Shown here in pieces: positions 52,901 through 64,000 of a DNA stretch of 64,000 nucleotides. The position numbers and the translations under genes were made by a program. Position 1 is the stretch's first letter. Each line of letters starts with the position of its first letter. The notes under the pieces are model-generated. The model was not told where the DNA came from, ran no database searches, and was given only the letters and a program-made list of their open reading frames with translations. This DNA comes from Auanema rhodensis (taxonomy: Eukaryota; Animalia; Nematoda), in NCBI GenBank assembly GCA_964057225.1, contig OZ059894.1:5828001-5892000 (forward strand), written 5' to 3'.

Positions 52901-55900
52901 AAAGAGAGGAGAAGCCTGATGTTTCAACACGAGTATCAACTTTGCCAGAAGCCGATGTTAGTGTTGATGACGTCTTCAATCCGACACCACCAAAGAGAGT
53001 TCAACCTTCTTCTGATACCACAGTTCTCTTGAAGAAATCCCAACAACCTGCTGTGTCCACTGAGCATCGCCCGATTGAACCAACCTATCCAACTATTGAA
53101 ACATCCACTCTTGACATATCAATGGATGATGTTTTCACAGAAGGCTCTGAGCCATCAACTTCTGGAAATCGTCACGCTATTGATTTGGACAAGTATGTTC
53201 AAAGGAGCCGTGATATGCAAGCTCATTCCGGAGAACAAGGATTCAATACCTATGTCCAAAAGGAGGAGAAGCCAGATGCTTCAACACGAGTATCAACTTT
53301 GTCAGAAGCCGATGTTAGTGTTGATGACGTCTTCAATCCGACACCACCAAAGAGAGTTCAACCTTCTTCTGATACCACAGTTCTCTTGAAGAAATCCCAA
53401 CAACCTGCTGTGTCCACTGAGCATCCCACATTTGAACCAACCTATCCTACTGCTGAAACATCCACTCTTGACATCTCAATGGATGATGTTTTCACAGAAG
53501 GCTCTGAGCCATCAACTTCTGGAAATCGTCACGCTATTGATTTGGACAAGTATGTTCAAAGGAGCCGTGATATGCAAGCTCATTCCGGAGAACAAGGATT
53601 CACTACCTATGTCCAAAAGGAGGAGAAGCCAGATGCTTCAACACGAGTATCAACTCTGCCAGAAGCCGATGTTAGTGTTGATGACGTCTTCAATCCGACA
53701 CCACCAAAGAGAGTTCAATCTTCTTCTGATACCACAGTTCTCTTGAAGAAATCCCAACAACCTGCTGTGTCCACTGAGCATCGCCCGATTGAACCAACCT
53801 ATCCAACTATTGAAACATCCACTCTTGACATCTCAATGGATGATGTTTTCACAGAAGGCTCTGAGCCATCAACTCCTGGAAATCGTCACGCTATTGATTT
53901 GGACAAGTATGTTCAAAGAAGCCGTGATATGCAAGCTCATTCCGGAGAACAAGGATTCACTACCTATGTCCAAAGAGAGGAGAAGCCTGATGTTTCAACA
54001 CGAGTATCAACTTTGCCAGAAGCTGATGTTAGTGTTGATGACGTCTTCAATCCAACACCACAGAAGAGAGTTCAACCTTATTCTGATACCACAGTTCTCA
54101 GAAAGAAATCGCAACAACCTACTGTGTCTACTGAGAAACGGTCGATTGAACCAACCTATCCAACTATTGAAACATCCACTCTTGACATCTCAATGGATGA
54201 TGTTTTCACAGAAGGCTCTGAGCCATCAACTTCTGAAAATCGTCACGCTATTGATTTGGACAAGTATGTTCAAAGAAGCCGTGATATGCAAGCTCATTCC
54301 GGAGAACAAGGATTCACTACCTATGTCCAAAGAGAGGAGAAGCCTGATGCTTCAACTCGAGTATCAACTTTGCCAGAAGCCGATGTTAGTGTTGATGACG
54401 TCTTCAATCCAACACCACCGAAGAGAGTTCAACCTTCTTCTGATACCACAGTTCTCTTGAAGAAATCCCAACAACCTGCTGTGTCCACGGAGCATCGCCC
54501 GATTGAACCAACCTATCCAATTATTGAAACATCCACTCTTGACATCTCAATGGATGATGTTTTCACAGAAGGCTCTGAGCCATCAACTTCTGGAAATCGT
54601 CACGCTATAGATTTGGACAAGTATGTTCAAAGAAGCCGTGATATGCAAGCTCATTCCGGAGAACAAGGATTCACTACCTATGTCCAAAGAGAGGAGAAGC
54701 CTGATGCTTCAACTCGAGTATCAACTTTGCCAGAAGCCGATGTTAGTGTTGATGACGTCTTCAATCCAACACCACCGAAGAGAGTTCAACCTTCTTCTGA
54801 TACCACAGTTCTCTTGAAGAAATCCCAACAACCTGCTGTGTCCACTGAGCATCGCCCGATTGAACCAACCTATCCTACTGCTGAAACATCCACTCTTGAC
54901 ATCTCAATGGATGATGTTTTCACAGAAGGCTCTGAGCCATCAACTTCTGGAAATCGTCACGCTATAGATTTGGACAAGTATGTTCAAAGAAGCCGTGATA
55001 TGCAAGCTCATTCCGGAGAACAAGGATTCACTACCTATGTCCAAAGAGAGGAGAAGCCTGATGTTTCAACACGAGTATCAACTTTGCCAGAAGCCGATGT
55101 TAGTGTTGATGACGTCTTCAATCCGACACCACCGAAGACAGTTCAACCTTCTTCTGATACCACAGTTCTCTTGAAGAAATCCCAACAACCTGCTGTGTCC
55201 ACTGAGCATCGCCCGATTGAACCAACATATCCAATTATTGAAACATCCACTCTTGACATCTCAATGGATGATGTTTTCACAGAAGGCTCTGAGCCATCAA
55301 CTTCTGGAAATCGTCACGCTATAGATTTGGACAAGTATGTTCAAAGAAGCCGTGATATGCAAGCTCATTCCGGAGAACAAGGATTCACTACCTATGTCCA
55401 AAGAGAGGAGAAGCCTGATGTTTCAACACGAGTATCAACTTTGCCAGAAGCTGATGTTAGTGTTGATGACGTCTTCAATCCAACACCACCGAAGAGAGTT
55501 CAACCTTCTTCTGATACCACAGTTCTCTTGAAGAAATCGCAACAACCTACTGTGTCTACTGAGAAACGGTCGATTGAACCAACCTATCCAACTATTGAAA
55601 CATCCACTCTTGACATCTCAATGGATGCTGTTTTCACAGAAGGCTCTGAGCCATCAACTTCTGGAAATCGTCACGCTATAGATTTAGACAAGTTTGTTCA
55701 AAGGAGCCGTGATATGCAAGCTCATTCCGGAGAACAAGGTTTCACTACCTATGTCCAAAGAGAGGAGAAGCCTGATGCTTCAACTCGAGTATCAACTTTG
55801 CCAGAAGCCGATGTTAGTGTTGATGACGTCTTCAATCCGACACCACCAAAGAGAGTTCAATCTTCTTCTGATACCACAGTTCTCTTGAAAAAATCCCAAC

Positions 55901-58900
55901 AACCTGCTGTGTCCACTGAGCATCGCCCGATTGAACCAACCTATCTAACTATTAAAACATCCACTCTTGACATCTCAATGGATGATGTTTTCACAGAAGG
56001 CTCTGAGCCATCAACTTCTGGAAATCGTCACGCAATAGATTTGGACAAGTATGTTCAAAGAAGCCGTGATATGCAAGCTCATTCCGGAGAACAAGGATTC
56101 ACTACCTATGTCCAAAAGGAGGAGAAGCCAGATGCTTCAACACGAGTATCAACTTTGCCAGAAGCCGATGTTAGTGTTGATGACGTTTTCAATCCAACAC
56201 CACAGAAGAGAGTTCAACCTTGTTCTGATACCACAGTTCCCTGGAAGAAATCCCAACAACCTGCTGTGTCCACTGAGCATCGCCCGATTGAACCAACCTA
56301 TCCAACTGCTGAAACATCCACTCTTGACATCTCAATGGATGATGTTTTCACAGAAGGCTCTGAGCCATCAACTTCTGGAAATCGTCACGCAATAGATTTG
56401 AACAAGTATGTTCAAAGAAGCCGTGATATGCAAGCTCATTCCGGAGAACAAGGATTCACTACCTATGTCCAAAGAGAGGAGAAGCCTGATGTTTCAACAC
56501 GAGTATCAACTTTGCCAGAAGCTGATGTTAGTGTTGATGACGTCTTCAATCCAACACCACCGAAGAGAGTTCCACCTTCTTCTGATACCACAGTTCTCTT
56601 GAAGAAATCTCAACAACCTGCTGTGTCCACTGAGCATCGCCCGATTGAACCAACCTATCCAACTGCTGAAACATCCACTCTTGACATCTCAATGGATGAT
56701 CTTTTCACAGAAGGCTCTGAGCCATCAACTTCTGGAAATCGTCACGCAATAGATTTGGACAAGTATGTTCAAAGAAGCCGTGATATGCAAGCTCATTCCG
56801 GAGAACAAGGTTTCACTACCTATGTCCAAAAGGAGGAGAAGCCAGATGCTTCAACACGAGTATCAACTTTGCCAGAAACTGATGTTAGTGTTGATGACGT
56901 CTTCAATCCGACACCACCAAAGAGAGTTCAATCTTCTTCTGATACCACAGTTCTCTTGAAGAAATCCCAACAACCTGCTGTGTCCACTGAGCATCGCCCG
57001 ATTGAACCAACCTATCCAACTGCTGAAACATCCACTCTTGATATCTCAATGGATGATGTTTTCACAGAAGGCTCTGAGCCATCAACTTCTGGAAATCGTC
57101 ACGCTATAGATTTAGACAAGTATGTTCAAAGAAGCCGTGATATGCAAGCTCATTCCGGAGAACAAGGATTCACTTCCTATGTCCAAAGAGAGGAGAAGCC
57201 TGATGTTTCAACACGAGTATCAACTTTGCCAGAAGCCGATGTTAGTGTTGATGACGTCTTCAATCCAACACCACCAAAGAGAGTTCAACCTTCTTCTGAT
57301 ACCACAGTTCTCTTGAAGAAATCCCAACAGCCTGCTGTGTCCACTCAGCATCCCACATTTGAACCAACCTATCCTACTGCTGAAACATCCACTCTTGACA
57401 TCTCAATGGATGATGTTTTCACAGAAGGCTCTGAGCCATCAACTTCTGGAAATCGTCACGCTATTGATTTGGACAAGTATGTTCAAAGAAGCCGTGATAT
57501 GCAAGCTCATTCCGGAGAACAAGGATTCACTACCTATGTCCAAAGAGAGGAGAAGCCTGATGTTTCAACACGAGTATCAACTTTGCCAGAAGCCGATGTT
57601 AGTGTTGATGACGTCTTCAATCCAACACCACCAAAGAGAGTTCAACCTTCTTCTGATACCACAGTTCTCTTGAAGAAATCCCAACAGCCTGCTGTGTCCA
57701 CTCAGCATCCCACATTTGAACCAACCTATCCTACTGCTGAAACATCCACTCTTGACATCTCAATGGATGATGTTTTCACAGAAGGCTCTGAGCCATCAAC
57801 TTCTGGAAATCGTCACGCTATAGATCTAGACAAGTATGTTCAAAGGAGCCGTGATATGCAAGCTCATTCCGGAGAACAAGGTTTCACTACCTATGTCCAA
57901 AGAGAGGAGAAGCCTGATGTTTCAACACGAGTATCAACTTTGCCAGAAGCCGATGTTAGTGTTGATGACGTTTTCAATCCAACACCACCAAAGAGAGTTC
58001 AACCTTCTTCTGATACCACAGTTCTCTTGAAGAAATCCCAACAACCTGCTGTGTCCACTGAGCATCCCACATTTGAACCAACCTATCCTACTGCTGAAAC
58101 ATCCACTCTTGACATCTCAATGGATGATGTTTTCACAGAAGGCTCTGAGCCATCAACTTCTGAAAATCGTCACGCTATAGATTTAGACAAGTATGTTCAA
58201 AGGAGCCGTGATATGCAAGCTCATTCCGGAGAACGAGGTTTCACTACCTATGTCCAAAGAGAGGAGAAGCCTGATGTTTCGACACGAGTATCAACTTTGC
58301 CAGAAGCTGATGTTAGTGTTGATGACGTCTTCAATCCAACACCACCGAAGAGAGTTCAACCTTCTTCTGAGACTATAGTTTTTTCGAAGGAACCCACTGA
58401 GATTGTCGTTGATGACATTTTTAGTCCGATCGCACCCCAAGCTCTCGATGTTACTTCTGATTCTTTCGGGTTTGATGTAGTTGATAAAACAGAAATGAAA
58501 AAGTTATCACTCCCAACTCCTCCCAACTCACCTATTGGATCTCCGAAAAATATTTCTTTCGAGTTGTCAACAGTACGAGATAATACTACTGATGCTTCTG
58601 TTGGTTCACTTTCTGACAAAAACGATTTTGTATTATTATCTGATGGTTTGTTTTGTTTAATTTTTCTTATTGTTCATTAGCAATTTTTCAGAAAATTCGG
58701 AGAATAGATTACGATCACGTTCTGTTACCTCACTGAATCGTAAAAAAGTTTTCACAGTCACTTTTTCTTCCGAGTCTTCGGATCATTCGCCGGCTGGGAT
58801 TGAAAATACGGATCATGAAAGACCAGAAGCCACAAGAAAAATTAGAAAACCACCCCCTCCGGTAGATAGAACAAGCTTGTTCGATGTATTTCATCTTAAT

Positions 58901-61900
58901 TCGGAGAACCAAACTGTACGACCATCAGCTAGTTCTGGTCATATGTTGAATACCCCAAGTATTCATTCAGTGGAAGAAAAGTTGTATCTTGATGACTCTT
59001 TAGAAAGTTATAACTCTTTGCAAACTACTCCACACATAATGAGTTATGAATATCAGCCTATTATTACTGAAATTCATGCAACATCGCTTACAGTTTCATT
59101 AGATGAGTTAAATGAGAATCTTAAGAAAACTGACAGAATAATAAAAGATTCTCATGTTATACCATCAACTGCATATGAAGAAGTCAAAAATGGAAATGGT
59201 TATAATAGTCGTAGAGCTTCTCGATATTCTATTCGCACTGATGAATTAGACGTAGATGATATCATGCCCATTCCACCGCCTCGCAAACAAACACCGTTTT
59301 CAACAAACTTTTCCGATTATTACAACGATCTCAAATCTCCACCAAGAACACCATTAAAAATAAAAAGAAGGTAAGTAATTTTTTTCATTTTTCAATAATT
59401 TATTGCGTTTTTAGAAGCATAGATTTCTTCTATGAAGAACCATTTGAAATGCCAATAGAAGAAGAAGTAGATGTTGAAGATTTCGTTGACGAAATTCTTA
59501 ATCAATCTCTGGATGAAGCAGCATTTTATGCATCGTCAAAACATTTACCGTCCAGAAATAAAGGTTTCATTTTGCCTATATCATAGTTATTAATCTTTGT
59601 TTAGCTCTGCGTTCGACAGATACTTCTATCGATCGTAAACAATCGGAAACAACCAATTCAGAAACAGTAAATTATGAGATCGGAACTAGTTCTGATCCAC
59701 CATCGTATGAGCAAAGCCAAAAAGATGAACATTTGTTCATTTCGTCAGCAAATAGGTTTGTTAATATGAAAACTTTGATTTTTTACGATTTAGTGGTTTC
59801 AGAGATTCGTTATATGAAGCTGTTCTAGCTTATCCAAATTCTGATATAATAACAATCAAAGATTCTAGACAGTTAGTGTCAGTAGTCTCAATTTTATTAT
59901 TGAAAAATATTTAGAACATTCATCGAACCCTCAGAGGAAGTTGATTATAGCTCTGAAGGAAAACCTCATACTTACATCAGTGAAGCTACAGTAGTTATGA
60001 AAGAAAGTACACCGCCGGACAGCTACTATGTTCGTCTCGTGTTTCCTGAAAATCAAAAAGATGAGAAAGTAAGACCATTTTCAATTTATTTATTTTATTA
60101 CAAAACAGGTTCTCATTTTTCAAAATTTATACTTTTTTTGTATTTAAAAACCGAAACACTTTAAAAAAGTTATATAAAAAACTATATTTCAGTTCTCATC
60201 AAAAGTCTAGTTTCTCTTTTTAATTTGTTGACAATTTTTTTAAAACAACAATTTGGAACAAAAAAGTTATTTTTCTTTCTTTAATTCGGATACTTATTGC
60301 AGCAAATATCAATAACACAACAAACTTCTGATATAATATCGACTGAAACAACTGAATCTTATCAATTTAATGAGCGCAACTCTGAGGTCAAAACAAATGA
60401 TATAAAACACTTTGTTGAAAAGGTAGTTATACAAACTTAACATGACTAAATAATATAATTAATTATTCTTTTTTTTTATTTTCTTAATTGTTCTCTCACT
60501 TGATTAGCAGAATCTAAATCAATACATATAGTTAATGTATTTTCAGATGATTCCTCAACAGAAAGACGATGAATTTTTGGAAATTGAATCTAACTCTGAG
60601 TATTTCATTATTCACGGAAAATATTCTATGATCATTCATAAAGTAATAATTTAAATATAATTCATCATATATTTTAATTAATTTCAGACTGAACCATTAG
60701 GAGAAATGCTTTCTAAAATACAGACTAGTAGCTTAGATTTTACTGTAACTCCGAAGCTTCGAAGAATTTTGAGACAATGTCTCCAGAACAAAATTTCTGG
60801 AAACACTGGTATATAATAAACAAACTTTGTTTTTTTCATTTTCTGATTTTAGGAACAGATATATCCTCGAGAGCACTCCATATGCTTGATCGGCCTGATC
60901 CAGCATATGAAGTATACTATGAAATGGCATCCAATCGCTACAGCCCGACCAATATTATGGTTAGAAAACTAGAACTTAATTCATATACTAAGTTTGTATT
61001 TTGCAGGGTAATATCAATTTTTGCACAGCCGAGATTATGATTTGTAAGCCATTGTTACGAGACAGACTTTCCAAAAGTATGAACATAGTGGAAGATCATA
61101 TGTTCCATTATGGCCCAGGAGGTGGATATGATGAGTACGTTCTTTCAAAAATACTTCTTTATAACTTTCAAATTACAGAGTTAAAGATGTTTTCTTACAA
61201 TACCTTAAGAAGTTCATGAATGCAAGTCATGTTTTACGTCAAAATTTGACGTTTGTTGGATCCGGAAATACAGCTTATGATCTCATCAGTCATTGCATAT
61301 TTGAAGCGGATGGTTAGAGAAATTTCATTTCAAATCAAATGTAACTATTTCAGATGTTCTGCTTATTAATACACCCACATATGCAAGAGTTTTTGTTAAC
61401 TGTGAAGAGCGTGCTTCATGTCGAGTTGAGCCTGTGCCGGTATAAAGCATTTTTCGAAAATATTATTTGTTTTTTATTTCAGATGGATTTGAGTAAACTG
61501 GAAATTGATATTTCGTCATTTGAAAAAGTTTTAACAGAGCAATCAGAAAAGGTTTGATTGATTCTAAAATTTATTTGTATCAATAATTATGATAACTACT
61601 TTAAGGGTAGTAATGTACGGGGAGTTGTTCTCATCAATCCCAGTAACCCACTTGGAATTACTTTCCCTAAACAGCAAGTTTTAGAATTAGGCAATTGGGC
61701 TGCTAGGTATTTGTTTTCTTTTTAGTTATAACTTTAGAAATTATGTTTATAGACATGATTTAACACTTATCGTGGATGAATCGTTTTCGGGTTCCAATCA
61801 TGGTTCAAGAGAATGTGAGTCCTTCCTATCATATCAACATGAACTCAATAATCCATCTAAAGCCGCATGGTTCTGGAGCTTATCCAAGGTGATATTCAAT

Positions 61901-62646
61901 AAATAATATATTCTTAGTTTGAAACTTTTTTTTCTAGGACTTTGGCTTACCTGGCGTTAAGATCAGTGTAATCCATACACCAAACCAATATTTGAAAGAA
62001 GCACTATCGACCTTGGGATTAATTTTCCCTGTTTCCTCACTGGCTGAAGATTTCGCTTCAAATCTTTTATCTGATTTTGGTTAGTGAAATATTTGATCGA
62101 TTAATATAAGTTTTTAACATTTTCAGATTTTGTTTCAAATTTCCATGAAACTAAAAATCAGCGCATTCACTCACATTACAAATTTGTAATTAGAAATCTA
62201 GAAGCACTAAATCTCAACTATATTACAGCTACTTCCGGATTTTTTGTTCTTGTTGATTTCAGACAGGTAATAGTAGAAATTGTTTTTTTATATTTATATG
62301 TTATACCTATATATTCTTACTTTTAGAAATTAAATGCTCCTACTTTTGAAGAGGAAACAAAGTTATGGCACAAACTAATTTCTCATGGATTATACCTGAC
62401 AAGAGGGAAAGATATGAGATGTTCTGAACCAGGATGGATGCGTCTTGTCTTTGGTTGCGATAAAGAACAAGTCGAAGAAGGTAAACAGTTATTTTTCTTC
62501 TGTTAACCAGAAAAAAATCCTTAATACTTTAATAATTTTAAAAAATCGTTCATGTTTTATCTATTAGTTTTATCTTTTCAGGAATCAGAAGGCTACATAG
62601 CGTTTTTGGTTCAACCACATCTGTGCTTGGCTCTATTGAGTACTAG
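43947..62646 (+). CDS. Giant (~5000 aa, ~36 exons) disordered repeat protein with C-terminal class I/II PLP aminotransferase (ACC synthase/ACCS-like) domain
   Basis: A continuous phase-compatible GT-AG exon chain runs from 43947 (start codon tentative) through 45078, 45289, 45619, 46350 and on to 48133, the giant exon 48250-58645, then 58692-59370 and on to TAG 62644-62646. ACS-family motifs: GNINFCTAE (61007), INPSNPLG (~61633), LIVDESF (~61766), WSLSK|DFGLPG (PLP Lys codon 61886-61888), GFFVLVDF, EPGWMRLVF. From memory the architecture resembles C. elegans T04F3.1; not verified. Confidence 0.85.
48472..58369 (+). repeat. Coding tandem array: 357-bp (119-aa) unit, ~27.7 copies, within one 10,396-nt exon
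   Basis: The ATG of DISMDDVF recurs at 48481+357n for n=0..27 (last at 58120), so there are no net indels. The reading frame is uninterrupted and the array is visibly more GC-rich than the flanks. Confidence 0.98.
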
Positions 62647-63381
62647 ATTGGAGATAAATATTAGAATTAATTATTATTTTAATAGTGTAAAATAAAATGT
62701 TCATATTCGTTCATATTTGTATTACCTTTAAGTTATCGTTCTCCTTCATGTTCTATCATTTTTCATAGTTTTCATATACATATATCCACACAAAATGAAG
62801 AATTTTCTAGCACATGGCATTCATCTTTTCATACAAAAAGTGCAATTTGGAGAAAAAAATTGATTATAAATCTTCATTTTTAATTCAAACATAACTAATT
62901 CAAATATAAATTGTTTCCTGAATATTTCGTCCTTATTCATTGGGCTGCGAAACGTTGACCACTGAAGTATGAGAGAGAAAAAAAGAGAAAGAAATTTTTG
63001 AAAGTTGCACTGATATTATACATTAATTATCTAGTTGGGAATTGAATTTAAATATTTTTCAGCTTTATTTATATATAATCTTAATTGAATCTATATTTTG
63101 TATCGTATTGTCTATACAAATTTAAATTTTAAAAAATAAGAAGAAAAAAATATTCATACCAGTAACAAATTAAAAATATTATTGCCTTTTAACCATACTG
63201 TAATAATCGAAAAAAATTCCTAATTTAAAAAATATAAAACATGACAATAATAGAGAAACTATGTTTTAGATAAAGTTTCTAAAACGAATTAAGCTTGAAT
63301 GCAAACTAAGATGTGAAGAGCGCATTGATGGCACTTGGCTCATTCAATGATTCAATTCAATGATTCTTATTGTTCCGATTT

Positions 63382-63575
63382 CTATTGCTTACGGGCACAA
63401 ACCATGAACATGCCATTGATTTCATACATTATACATTTTTTATCGTCTTCAACTTGTAGACCAGCTGCTTCCAGAGCTTCAAGCATGGTCTCTCGAGTGA
63501 TGAAGAGACAACTGAATCTGCGGCCACCAAAAGAGCACCACGTTTCTTCGAGGATTCCGCCCATTATGAAAAATC
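63382..63575 (-). CDS. Last coding exon of an NNMT/PNMT/TEMT-family amine N-methyltransferase (anmt-like); the rest of the gene lies beyond the window
   Basis: Minus-strand acceptor tttcag|GA TTT TTC ATA ATG GGC GGA gives GFFIMGGILEETWCSFGGRRFSCLFITRETMLEALEAAGLQVE...MFMVCARKQ*, which matches the NNMT C-terminal pattern. Confidence 0.8.
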
Positions 63576-64000
63576 CTGAAATTTTAAAGTTAAGAAAATT
63601 AAATGATTAGTGTCAAATGCAACCGGTTAATTATCTCACATATCTTCAAAATGAATCATTTTGTTCACGTGTATTTTCACGTCCCTCTTACTATTCATCA
63701 GTATCATATGCTAATTTATGTTGAGCTACGATTTGTTTAAGACTTCAGATTTTTTTAAAGAGCGTTAAGAAGTTGTAAACACATAACAATAAGCAAAATT
63801 CTATTTGTTTTAGTTTTTTCGTTTTTCACAAAATCTTGTATGTGAGAGTCAGATGTTCATCTGTGACATATGTTGTTGGAAAGTGTATCTTCTTCTGCAA
63901 TTTTTTTCCGCATTTGACGTCATTCTTGTGAGATATGGCTGGGGAATGTACTCAAAGCATTCAATTGCCATGAATTCAAAGCGAATGATCGTTTAAAAAC

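Noticed and set aside
48472-58369. CRISPR-like or satellite interpretation of the array
   Set aside because: There are no unique spacers. The unit is a multiple of 3, fully open and bounded by phase-compatible splice sites in a eukaryotic gene.
48485-58378. Series of 61-223 aa + strand ORFs (MNQPIQLLKH...) recurring every 357 bp
   Set aside because: These are off-frame shadows of the repeat. They have non-ATG starts and gain stops through changes that are synonymous in the main frame.

Overview
This window is AT-rich eukaryotic genomic DNA with many 41-55 nt introns and TTTCAG-type acceptors, typical of a rhabditid nematode; there are no prokaryotic features. All gene models were spliced by hand. 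From left to right: (1) a compact ADAMTS/MIG-17-like M12B metalloprotease (5964-8690, +) with a possible MITE and minisatellite in intron 1; (2) a GH20 beta-hexosaminidase 330 bp downstream (9021-12035, +); (3) about 11 kb of non-coding DNA; (4) two paralogous class-A peptide-receptor-like GPCRs arranged tail to tail (23195-27712 +, 28289-31435 -); (5) a small membrane-protein gene or pseudogene (about 36.5-37.4 kb); (6) three small secreted low-complexity protein genes (37.7-41.7 kb); (7) a ~36-exon, ~5000-aa gene (43947-62646, +); (8) the last exon of an NNMT/PNMT-type methyltransferase (-). Gene 7 joins a long disordered region, including one 10.4-kb exon of ~27.7 x 357-bp repeats, to a C-terminal ACC-synthase-like PLP aminotransferase domain. 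The most striking observation is that each 119-aa repeat carries two D-[IV]-S-[MV]-D-D-V-F motifs, giving 52 exact DDVF. DDVF matches the known RSK-docking short linear motif. The protein also has RxRxxS/T sites, a DSGxxS degron and a PPxY motif, so it may be a highly multivalent kinase scaffold tethered to a PLP enzyme. This is a hypothesis only.
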